Source: Nostoc sp. PCC 7120 = FACHB-418 (GTDB taxonomy: Bacteria > Cyanobacteriota > Cyanobacteriia > Cyanobacteriales > Nostocaceae). Taken from it: 32,000 nucleotides of DNA. The stretch covers positions 330,001-362,000 of the forward strand of contig NC_003276.1 of assembly GCF_000009705.1 (NCBI RefSeq), given 5' to 3'. Under the pieces are notes generated by a model. The model was not told where the DNA came from, made no database searches, and saw only the letters and a list, made by a program, of their open reading frames with translations. Below, in pieces: positions 24,107 to 31,654 of this stretch. Made by a program: the position numbers and the translations under genes. Positions within the stretch are counted from its first letter, which is position 1, and every line of letters begins with the position of its first letter.

Positions 24107-24536
24107 TGTTAGTCCAGATGTCGTCTGGCAGTGATCGATCTCGGTGACACACCAGATCGAGGTCAGGATACGTGATTGTGTCTACTGCCGCTCGGTTGCC
24201 GACTACTAGGCATCGCGTTGCCTTGGCGCTGCGATTCTCAAGGAAGTGACCTACTGGCACTCCTGCTTGAAAAGTTGCGGCATCGCCAGGACGTAGTATA
24301 GTCTCTGCGTCTCCTTCAATGAGCGTGATTTCGCCTTCGAGGACATAGACCATTTCATCCTCAGCACTATGCCAATGCTTGAGTGATGAACGAGAGCCAG
24401 GTTGCAGGATTTCGATGAACGCACCGAACTGGGTAAGCCCTCCTGCTTCGCTGATCCAGAGCGTGCGATTTGGCTCGTGCGCGGCGTGAGAAGGGTTTTC
24501 CTCTATGATAAGACGTTCGGGAGTGATAACAGTCAT
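24075..24536 (-). CDS. Cupin-domain protein
   Basis: Cupin motifs: HWHSAEDEMVYVLEGEITLIEGD and LRPGDAATFQAGVPVGHFLEN. The gene is visibly richer in G+C than its surroundings. Confidence 0.8.
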   Translation of the reverse strand: MTVITPERLIIEENPSHAAHEPNRTLWISEAGGLTQFGAFIEILQPGSRSSLKHWHSAEDEMVYVLEGEITLIEGDAETILRPGDAATFQAGVPVGHFLENRSAKATRCLVVGNRAAVDTITYPDLDLVCHRDRSLPDDIWTNSVGEPAPSPY

Positions 24537-24586
24537 GCTGACACCTTTTCTAAACGCAAAGCTATCATATCTGCTGCTGTGAAAGA

Positions 24587-25537
24587 TTAATCCGCATAAA
24601 ATCCTAGATGATTAGCAACTGGGCGATCGCGCATTAGTATTTTAGTATGGGTAGGAGCATTTAAAATTTTTGGCTTCCCCTCTTTGTCTGGATTTGCTAC
24701 TACCAATGTAGTAGAACCTCCTCCATCAAGATTTATGGCATTATAAACACCCAATTTTGCTATAAATTGTGTTAATTCTCTTTTAGTAAATCCTTCGCTA
24801 TATAGTGGTTGTTTACCATCTACTAAAACTAACCACAATTTCTTACCTGTTTTGTCGATAGCTGCAACTACTCTCGAATATGGTTTATCGGCTGAGGAAT
24901 TTGCATAAATATTTATTTTTGGTTTTCCTTGAAAAACTAATACGTCATCCCCTGCTAGCCCTTGAATAGTATTTTTCGGACATTCTTCACCGCCTGGAAT
25001 TTGGGCTTGGTTGTTGTTATCAAAGCATAAAACATACCAACTTGATTTTTTATTAGCATATATTTTACCATTAGAAATAGTTTGTCCTAATACCTTTGTC
25101 GTATCTCCACTGTGAGGATAATAATGCCACGGTGTTACCTCCTTAAAAGGATAAAAATAGCTCCCGTTGATGGCAAGTTTAACTTGAAATTCCGCGACAA
25201 ATTCAGATGTTGTTCTTGCTTTGGTTTCATTGTCGATAATGGCTTGTTTCCCAACTCCGACATTTTTTGATAAATTCTCAATATCTGGAGTGATAAATGG
25301 TTTAATTCCAGGTGTATTTAAATCAATTGTCACGATATGAATGATTAAAGGACGTGGCTTTGACTCGATCAAACGCTGATAAACAATCCCCCGAAATAAT
25401 TCTTGTTGGTTTTCACTACGAGGTGGACGACGAAAATGACCCCAACCATACATTAATATTGGTAAAAACAAGAAAAAACCACCGACAATAAAGCAATAGT
25501 TAGATGTTTTGGGACTATATCGCCATTTCATTGCCAA
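24587..25537 (-). CDS. Phosphodiester glycosidase family protein (NAGPA/DUF2233-like), membrane anchored
   Basis: N-terminal TM helix (YCFIVGGFFLFLPILMYGW). Family motifs AINGSYFYPF and NAINLDGGGSTTLVV. Confidence 0.75.
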   Translation of the reverse strand: MAMKWRYSPKTSNYCFIVGGFFLFLPILMYGWGHFRRPPRSENQQELFRGIVYQRLIESKPRPLIIHIVTIDLNTPGIKPFITPDIENLSKNVGVGKQAIIDNETKARTTSEFVAEFQVKLAINGSYFYPFKEVTPWHYYPHSGDTTKVLGQTISNGKIYANKKSSWYVLCFDNNNQAQIPGGEECPKNTIQGLAGDDVLVFQGKPKINIYANSSADKPYSRVVAAIDKTGKKLWLVLVDGKQPLYSEGFTKRELTQFIAKLGVYNAINLDGGGSTTLVVANPDKEGKPKILNAPTHTKILMRDRPVANHLGFYAD

Positions 25538-25592
25538 ATTTGCTAATTTATTGGTAATTGGAAATTAATTTAATGTTATTCTAAGCTGAAAT

Positions 25593-26429
25593 ATGGATCG
25601 TGATAATTTCAATTTTTGTCACCAAAATTTGCAAAATCGCTCATTTAAAGCAATGCAACTTCATGATGCAAATTTTAGTGGTGCTGATGTGCGTGGATGT
25701 GATTTTTCTCATGCACAATTACAAAGAGCTAATTTTGTGAAAGCGAAATTTGGTCAGTCATCTAGAATATTTATGAGTTTGCGAATCACTGCATTCATTG
25801 TTTTATGCTTAACTTTTGTAGCAGTTAGCGAAATGGCGTTTGGCGTAATAGGAAACACTCCAGAAATACCGGCATGGTCATATACTAAAGCTCTAGTTGT
25901 CAGCTTGGCAATTTCTGGATTAGGTGCAAGTTTTAGGAGGGTTTTTAATCAAGAATCAAGCTTAGAAAATTTGATTACAACTATATCAGGTGTATCTTCA
26001 GCAGCATTAATTGGTTGTTATTATGGTGGTGTGCTGCAAAATAAAAACCCTCAATTTGCTGCAATATCTGCAATTATATCATCCATAGTAGTAGCAATTT
26101 TATGTTTTGTATCTAAGAATGATTTGATGCGAGTAATTGTCGCAGTCGCGGGGTTTGTTTGTAATTACGGTTTAGCTTTTTTAATTAGTAGCGTCGCCTT
26201 CGCCTACTTGAGTACCCAAAATTATCTAATCGGTAGCATTTGGGGAATTTTAACTGTAATTTTACTGACTGTAACCATGCGATCATTAAAATTGGCCATT
26301 CAAGAAATCACCGCTAATGGTATTACTAATTTCAGGGGTGCAAATTTAGAAAATGCTAGATTTGACTCAGATATGGATCATAAGAAAGTTGATTTTACTG
26401 CTGCGAATATACATAAGATTAACTCTTAA
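25593..26429 (+). CDS. Pentapeptide-repeat protein with a central multi-TM region
   Basis: N-terminal A(D/N)LxX repeats (LQNRSFKAMQLHDANFSGADVRGCDFSHAQLQRANFVKAKFGQ). About five hydrophobic helices. C-terminal FRGANLENARFDS repeats. Confidence 0.75.
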   Translation: MDRDNFNFCHQNLQNRSFKAMQLHDANFSGADVRGCDFSHAQLQRANFVKAKFGQSSRIFMSLRITAFIVLCLTFVAVSEMAFGVIGNTPEIPAWSYTKALVVSLAISGLGASFRRVFNQESSLENLITTISGVSSAALIGCYYGGVLQNKNPQFAAISAIISSIVVAILCFVSKNDLMRVIVAVAGFVCNYGLAFLISSVAFAYLSTQNYLIGSIWGILTVILLTVTMRSLKLAIQEITANGITNFRGANLENARFDSDMDHKKVDFTAANIHKINS

Positions 26430-26614
26430 GAAACATAGATTTTTTTATCGATATAAAATAATAAATGCTTGTCATTAACGATTTTTTGTCTACTTTTTTC
26501 ATTCATTCCAATTCTTTGGGCGACTTTGTGCGATTCAATGTTTGCTTTATCACAGCTTGCTACAAGATAATGATAGCCAATTTCGTGAAGTAATTCTACT
26601 AAATGCTTCTTCAT
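26426..26614 (-). pseudogene. Probable 5'-truncated GNAT acetyltransferase remnant
   Basis: The 62 aa (GYHYLVASCDKANIESHKVAQRIGMNEK...) resemble only the C-terminal beta-alpha-beta of GNAT enzymes. Stop codons lie immediately upstream. The truncation point abuts repeat copy B. Confidence 0.45.
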
Positions 26615-26664
26615 AGAAAGATTCTAGGCTTATATTCTATTCACAGTTTTTGTCTTTAAAGCAT

Positions 26665-26800
26665 CTAAACTTCACACTTTTGAATCTATTTAAGCGCTTC
26701 ATTACAAGTTTAAAGATAAAAGTATTTTCTTGATAGCTTCTTAATGCTAATTTGGTTAGATATATCCTGGTAGTAACAGTTTAGATGATTGATATTGGAG
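26665..26800. repeat. Copy B of the ~135-bp dispersed repeat (copy A at 1699-1834)
   Basis: See copy A. Here the repeat ends 30 nt upstream of the RHH reading frame. Confidence 0.7.
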
Positions 26801-26829
26801 GAGTAATTCATCAATATAGTTTGCTATCC

Positions 26830-26991
26830 ATGAATAAGAAATGAGCTGTTAAACGGCTGACGATTAATCTCACTTCAAGTGAAGTAGAGAGATTAGAAAA
26901 ACATTGCTCAACAACAGGACGACCAGCAACAGATGTGATTAGAGAGTTAATTCGTTCTTTGACTGTTGAAGAAATATCAAACACAAATTAA
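26830..26991 (+). pseudogene. Ribbon-helix-helix (CopG/antitoxin-like) gene with an in-frame TGA at codon 5
   Basis: ATG AAT AAG AAA TGA GCT GTT AAA CGG CTG ACG ATT AAT CTC... reads MNKK*AVKRLTINLTSSEVERLEKHCSTTGRPATDVIRELIRSL.... The KRLTINL beta-strand followed by two helices is the RHH signature. No alternative ATG or GTG start occurs after the TGA. Confidence 0.55.
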
Positions 26992-27174
26992 AACCTTAAA
27001 CCTGATCCAAATTACAGGCTGAGACATCAGCAAAGCTAACATCTAAATCATCACCAACTGAGCCTGCTAAAAGTTATTCTGACTCTCAAAATGACTCCAT
27101 AATTACTGGGCAAATCAAACAATACAAAAGTGAAGATGGTAAATTGATTTCCTTTATAACCTAAAATATATGTA

Positions 27175-27659
27175 TTATTTACCAGATAGCCAGCGAACTA
27201 ACGAATCCTTACGCTGTTGTTCTTTTTCGGATGGACTCAGTTCAAAGGGGCTTTGCTTTTTGAATGCTTGAGGATTATACATTCCAGTTTCCCAACTACC
27301 ATACATAGGATTGGGCAATGCAATATAAGCAGGTTCTATAGTTCTATTATTAGGAACAGAGTCAAAAATTCCATAATAATTTGAGTATTTTTCTACAGAT
27401 TTACGCCGTTCCTGATTAGTGACACCAACCTTCTCATCAAAATCGTTGAGACTATCGCCAATTAAAGCAAATACAGTATATTTTTTGCCGTCAGCCTTAC
27501 CATTTTCTATAGCTTCTCGTCGCCATTGCTTTGAAGTGTTCTCTTTGCCATCAATAATTTTGGTAAACTCACCTTTGAGTAATACGGTTTTAGGATTGAC
27601 ACCTTTGAACCCAACTGATTTTAAATTATTGATGGTTGCTATCTCTAAGTCATTATTTT
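27175..27659 (-). pseudogene. C-terminal half of an IS-disrupted 5'-nucleotidase / class B acid phosphatase (lipoprotein e(P4) family, HAD superfamily)
   Basis: ...DLEIATINNLKSVGFKGVNPKTVLLKGE...YTVFALIGDSLNDFDEK... carries HAD motifs III-IV. The reading frame is continuous with 29336-29806 once the IS and one target-duplication copy are removed. Confidence 0.8.
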
Positions 27660-29335
27660 CTAGCGTGGCAAAACTTACTAGAGAGGAGCAGAGATCCTGT
27701 AATCTTGAGCTTGTAACGAAATAATGGTACAAAAACTTGGTAAGAAAAAGTTTAAAACCAGAAGCAACATCGTTTGAAGTACTCGATTGTGTTCAAAAAA
27801 AATGCCCTTCGTGTGGTCAAGCAATGTGGAATGAATACAATAATCCTCGACATATAAGAACGCTAAATGGGGTAGTAGAACTACAGCTAAAAATTCGGCG
27901 ATGTCAAAATAAGTCATGTATGCGGTATAAAAAAGCATATCGACCAGAGCAAGAAGGGTCACTCGCTCTACCACAGAACGAATTTGGTTTGGATGTGATT
28001 GCTTATATAGGAGCATTACGCTACCAGGAACATAGAAGTGTTCCTCAAATACATACTCACCTTGAATTAAAAGGTATATGTATAAGTAAACGAACGGTCA
28101 CACACTTAATTGACAGATATGACGAGTTACTTTCTTTATGGCTAAAAGACCATAAAAGATTAAAAGCAATAGTGGCTAATCAAGGACGGGTGATATTAGC
28201 CATTGATGGGATGCAGCCAGAAATTGGACATGAGGTATTATGGGTAATTCGAGATTGTCTATCAGGAGAAATTTTACTTGCTAAAACTTTATTATCATCA
28301 AGGAATGAAGATTTAGTAGCGTTATTATTAGAAGTGGCTAATACACTGGATGTACCAATTGATGGAGTTGTTAGTGATGGACAACAATCAATTCGTAAAG
28401 CTGTTGGGTTAGCATTACCTAAAATTGCTCATGGTTTATGTCATTACCATTACCTGAAAGAAGCAATTAAACCCATATATGAGGCGGATAGAAATGCAAA
28501 AAAGGAATTGAAAAAAAAAGTTAGAGGATTACGAGAAATTGAACGTAGTGTTACCAATGAAGATAAGGATTTGGTGACTATTATTGAAGATTATTGCTCG
28601 GCAGTCCGTAGTTCTATAACCAATGATGGACATCCACCGTTAGAGGCATCTGGATTAAAGTTACAAGAAAATTTGACTTTGATAGAACAAAGCTTAGAAA
28701 GGATGGAAAAAAGAAGTGCTTTACCACCACCTTTAGTTAACCTAAAACACCTTCTAGCTAAGGGATTATCTGCTACTGCATCTTTATTTTCACCTGTGAG
28801 GGTTGCATATCAGTGGGTTGATAAAGCTAGTAATATTCTCAACAATAAAATAGGTCTTGATGCTGCTGGGGTCAAACAAAGTTATCAGCAACTGTTGACA
28901 GAAATGTCTCAACAAAAGCAGAAAGCTGGTACCCTGAACACTGCAATCGATAACTTTATAAAAACCACCCACAGCTACTGGTCTGGACTTTTTCATTGTT
29001 ATGAAATTGAAGATTTTCCTAGAACTAATAATGACTTAGAACACGCTTTTGGTATGCTACGTTATCATCAACGTCGTTGTACCGGTCGTAAGGTTGCCCC
29101 CTCATCTCTCGTTATTCGTGGTTCTGTCAAACTTGCCTGTGCGATAGCTACTAAGCTTCATTCTTTTACCGCATCTGATTTAGCACAAGTTGATATTCAT
29201 ACTTGGCTCGAATTACGCTCTCAATTGCAAAAACACCACAAAGCCAGAATTGAACAGTATCGATTTCGCAGAGACCCCAAGGCTTACTTGGCTAATCTAG
29301 AGAGTCGTCTTCTCTAGTAAGTTTTGCCACGCTAG
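27660..29335 (+). mobile_element. 1676-bp insertion sequence with perfect 25-bp terminal inverted repeats and an 8-bp target site duplication
   Basis: The left inverted repeat CTAGCGTGGCAAAACTTACTAGAGA (27660-27684) equals the reverse complement of 29311-29335. The direct repeat ATTATTTT flanks both ends (27652-27659 and 29336-29343). There is a single large transposase ORF. Confidence 0.9.
27737..29317 (+). CDS. Transposase of the 1676-bp IS (family not assignable by eye)
   Basis: A 526-aa ORF fills the element. N-terminal Cys clusters (CPSCG...RRCQNKSC) suggest a zinc-finger DNA-binding region. A central ILAIDGMQPEIGHEVLWVIRD block resembles a DDE N-terminal strand. The start is uncertain: TTG at 27737, with the first in-frame ATG at 27824. 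The stop lies inside the right inverted repeat. Confidence 0.75.
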   Translation: MVRKSLKPEATSFEVLDCVQKKCPSCGQAMWNEYNNPRHIRTLNGVVELQLKIRRCQNKSCMRYKKAYRPEQEGSLALPQNEFGLDVIAYIGALRYQEHRSVPQIHTHLELKGICISKRTVTHLIDRYDELLSLWLKDHKRLKAIVANQGRVILAIDGMQPEIGHEVLWVIRDCLSGEILLAKTLLSSRNEDLVALLLEVANTLDVPIDGVVSDGQQSIRKAVGLALPKIAHGLCHYHYLKEAIKPIYEADRNAKKELKKKVRGLREIERSVTNEDKDLVTIIEDYCSAVRSSITNDGHPPLEASGLKLQENLTLIEQSLERMEKRSALPPPLVNLKHLLAKGLSATASLFSPVRVAYQWVDKASNILNNKIGLDAAGVKQSYQQLLTEMSQQKQKAGTLNTAIDNFIKTTHSYWSGLFHCYEIEDFPRTNNDLEHAFGMLRYHQRRCTGRKVAPSSLVIRGSVKLACAIATKLHSFTASDLAQVDIHTWLELRSQLQKHHKARIEQYRFRRDPKAYLANLESRLL

Positions 29336-29806
29336 ATTATTTTTGCTACCCTTTTGGCTGCTTCTATCCCGGTTAGAGATAAAAAAGACTGTACCACCAT
29401 TGTTATTAACATAATTTACAAACTTAACTGCACCAGGGACAGCCTTAGCTTTGGCTGCTGCCACCCATTTATTCCAGGTTGATGATTCAAAACCGCTATT
29501 AGTACCAATTAGACCACCTTGGTAAGCACTATTGTCAAGAATTGTCTCATCAATATCAACAATAACGGCTGGTTGCTTTACCCTTTTGGCTTTGGCTTGG
29601 TCAAAGACAATTTTGGCGATGTTAAATGCTTGGTAAGTCAGGGCTTGATACTCTCCCGACTGTTGTACCCAGTTAATAGCCAGTACGGACTGTTCATTTA
29701 ATTGTGCATTAGTTATCTCTGCGGTATCTTGCTTGAGTCCTACAAGAAGCAAACTTGAGGTGAGTATTGTAGGAAATGCAATCAGCTTCAAATATGGGTG
29801 GTACAT
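29336..29806 (-). pseudogene. N-terminal half of the IS-disrupted e(P4)-family acid phosphatase
   Basis: Signal/lipoprotein-like N-terminus. HAD motif I VIVDIDETILDNS. ...GGTVFFISNRDRSSQKGSKNN then runs into the IS. The 12 extra codons to the stop at 29297 are IS-derived. Confidence 0.8.
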
Positions 29807-30016
29807 TTTAGTGGCTTGTCCTTGACCTATGTTGACAGGTTATTTGCTGTTAGCAAATTTATCTGTACATTTGTAGCACACGGAGAATAAATGTCACTCC
29901 ATTCAAATAGCTGGGCGATTTCGTTCAGCCGATGGCTTGGCGATCGCCTACATCTCGCCGAGCGATGGCGTAAACGCCCAGCGTAGCTGATCGCAGCTTA
30001 CCAAGAAACTGGGTCT

Positions 30017-30043
30017 AAAGCCCCGTCCTTCAAGGACGGCTTT
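30017..30043 (+). other. Stem-loop upstream of tnpB (candidate IS200/IS605 left-end hairpin)
   Basis: AAAGCCCCGTCC-TTCAA-GGACGGCTTT forms a ~10-bp stem with a 2-nt bulge, 40 nt upstream of the tnpB ATG. Confidence 0.4.
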
Positions 30044-30048
30044 GATTA

Positions 30049-30057
30049 TGGTATAAT
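30049..30057 (+). promoter_or_regulatory. Extended -10 promoter candidate for tnpB
   Basis: TGGTATAAT (TGn + TATAAT) lies 27 nt upstream of the ATG at 30084. Confidence 0.4.
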
Positions 30058-30083
30058 ATTTGCGTAGGAGTTTTCCACGTAAA

Positions 30084-31295
30084 ATGATTGTTTTAGAGTT
30101 TAAAGCTAAAGGGAAAACAACTCAATATGTAGCCATTGATGAGGCGATTAGAACCTGTCAATTCGTTCGCAACAAAGCTATTCGTTTTTGGATGGATAAC
30201 CGAGGTGTAGGGCAGAAAGACTTATATCGTCTTAGCAAGGTTCTCAGACATGAGTTTTCTTTTGTCAAGGCTTTGAACTCTAGTGCTTGCCAAGCTTCTA
30301 TCGAACGGGCTTATAGTTCTATTGCTCGTTTTTACGACAACTGTAAAAAGTCTGTTCCAGGTAAGAAAGGTTATCCACAGTTTAAGAAAAACAACCGTTC
30401 AGTTGAATATAAAACCTCTGGATGGTCACTTTCTGAAACTAGAAAGCAAATCACTTTTACTGACAAAAAAGGTATTGGCAAACTCAATCTCAAGGGAACG
30501 TGGAATTTAAACTTCTACCAATTGGAGCAGATAAAACGAGTTAGGTTAGTCCGTCGCGCCGATGGGTATTATGTTCAATTCCTGATTAGCGCAGATAACA
30601 AAGTAGAAACACAACCGACTGGTAAAACCATTGGTTTAGATGTTGGTTTAAAAGAGTTCTACACCGATAGCAACGGACATACAGAACCTAACCCTAAGTT
30701 TTATCGCACAGGAGAGAAGCGTCTAAAGTTTAGACAAAGGCGCGTTTCAAGGCATAAGAAAGGCTCTACCAATCGCAAAAAAGCCATTAATAAATTAGGG
30801 CGAGTACACCTCAAAATAAGTAGGCAACGTGAAGAACACGCTAAGAGAGTAGCGCGTTGCGTAATCCAATCTCACGATTTGGTCGCCTATGAAGATTTGA
30901 GGGTTAAAAACTTAGTTAAGAATCACTGTCTCGCTAAATCTATTAATGATGCTGGTTGGTATCAATTCAGAAAATGGTTGGAGTATTTCGGTGTGAAATT
31001 TGGCCGGATAACTGTAGCTGTTAATCCTGCGTACACAACAAGCCAATGCTCTAATTGTGGCGCAGTAGTCAAAAAATCTCTATCCACAAGAACTCATGTT
31101 TGTGAATGCGGATTTGTGATGGATAGAGATTGGAACGCAGCGATTAACATTCTGAAACTAGCCTTGGGTACTACGGGTCACGTAGGAACCTGGATCTATG
31201 ATCCGAACGCTTCAGGAGATTCGACCTCTACTCATGCTGGAGAAATCTTGTGTGAGCAAGTTGGGTCTATGAATGAAGAATCTCCGCACTTATAG
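30084..31295 (+). CDS. tnpB: IS200/IS605-family TnpB (OrfB) RNA-guided endonuclease, stand-alone
   Basis: The start is taken at the ATG MIVLEFKAKGK; the track's upstream start at 30060 is a TTG. The N-terminus LEFKAKGKTTQYVAIDEAIRTCQFVRNKAIRFW is typical of OrfB. The RuvC triad contexts are intact: IGLDVGLKEF (D), LVAYEDLRVKNL (E) and VMDRDWNAAINIL (D). Zinc ribbon CSNCG...CECG. No tnpA is nearby. Confidence 0.9.
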   Translation: MIVLEFKAKGKTTQYVAIDEAIRTCQFVRNKAIRFWMDNRGVGQKDLYRLSKVLRHEFSFVKALNSSACQASIERAYSSIARFYDNCKKSVPGKKGYPQFKKNNRSVEYKTSGWSLSETRKQITFTDKKGIGKLNLKGTWNLNFYQLEQIKRVRLVRRADGYYVQFLISADNKVETQPTGKTIGLDVGLKEFYTDSNGHTEPNPKFYRTGEKRLKFRQRRVSRHKKGSTNRKKAINKLGRVHLKISRQREEHAKRVARCVIQSHDLVAYEDLRVKNLVKNHCLAKSINDAGWYQFRKWLEYFGVKFGRITVAVNPAYTTSQCSNCGAVVKKSLSTRTHVCECGFVMDRDWNAAINILKLALGTTGHVGTWIYDPNASGDSTSTHAGEILCEQVGSMNEESPHL

Positions 31296-31303
31296 GGCGG
31301 AGA
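31281..31303 (+). other. Stem-loop spanning the tnpB stop codon (candidate part of the omega-RNA scaffold / right end)
   Basis: TCTCCGC-ACTTATAGG-GCGGAGA forms a 7-bp stem. In TnpB elements the guide RNA scaffold overlaps the 3' end of tnpB and ends at the right-end boundary. I cannot place that boundary here. Confidence 0.3.
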
Positions 31304-31654
31304 GTGTCAAAGTTTATTGCTCCTTACCAACTGGGAATCCGAAGAATAGTTGCATTTGTGATGGCATAACCTTCCGCCATAGGCGATCGCCATTATCTCA
31401 AGGGTTCTACTGGAGGATGATGAGGGAGTACCAGTCGATATGTATCTACCAACTTGGGTTTCTAATATCCACACAATTATGCAGGAAAATAACCATACAG
31501 CAATTATCTAGCCAAAATTTTATCTTTTTTTCAACTTTAGTCACTATCGTAAATTTACTGCCCTTGGTAATATCAATTTAAGCGCTTTTTGTTGTAAGTA
31601 TACGCTTGCAACTACTGTTGTACACAGGATAAAAAGTCTAATTAGTTAGAAACT

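Noticed and set aside
26992-27174. Open frame reading ...SKLQAETSAKLTSKSSPTEPAKSYSDSQNDSIITGQIKQYKSEDGKLISFIT* downstream of the RHH gene, considered as a toxin partner
   Set aside because: It has no ATG, GTG or TTG start after the upstream in-frame TGA, no recognisable toxin motif, and a low-complexity S/T/K-rich composition.
27419-28016. ORFs 27419-27724 (+) and 27678-28016 (-)
   Set aside because: The first is antisense to the well-supported phosphatase fragment. The second is antisense to the IS transposase and crosses the IS boundary.
31273-31581. 102-aa ORF overlapping the tnpB 3' end and downstream region
   Set aside because: It starts inside tnpB in another frame, has no motifs, and the region is expected to encode the omega-RNA/right end and flanking DNA.
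31572-31600. Possible third copy of the 135-bp repeat (shares ATTTAAGCGCTT with copy B)
   Set aside because: Only a 12-nt match with no extension. Matches of that length are expected by chance many times among all position pairs in 32 kb.
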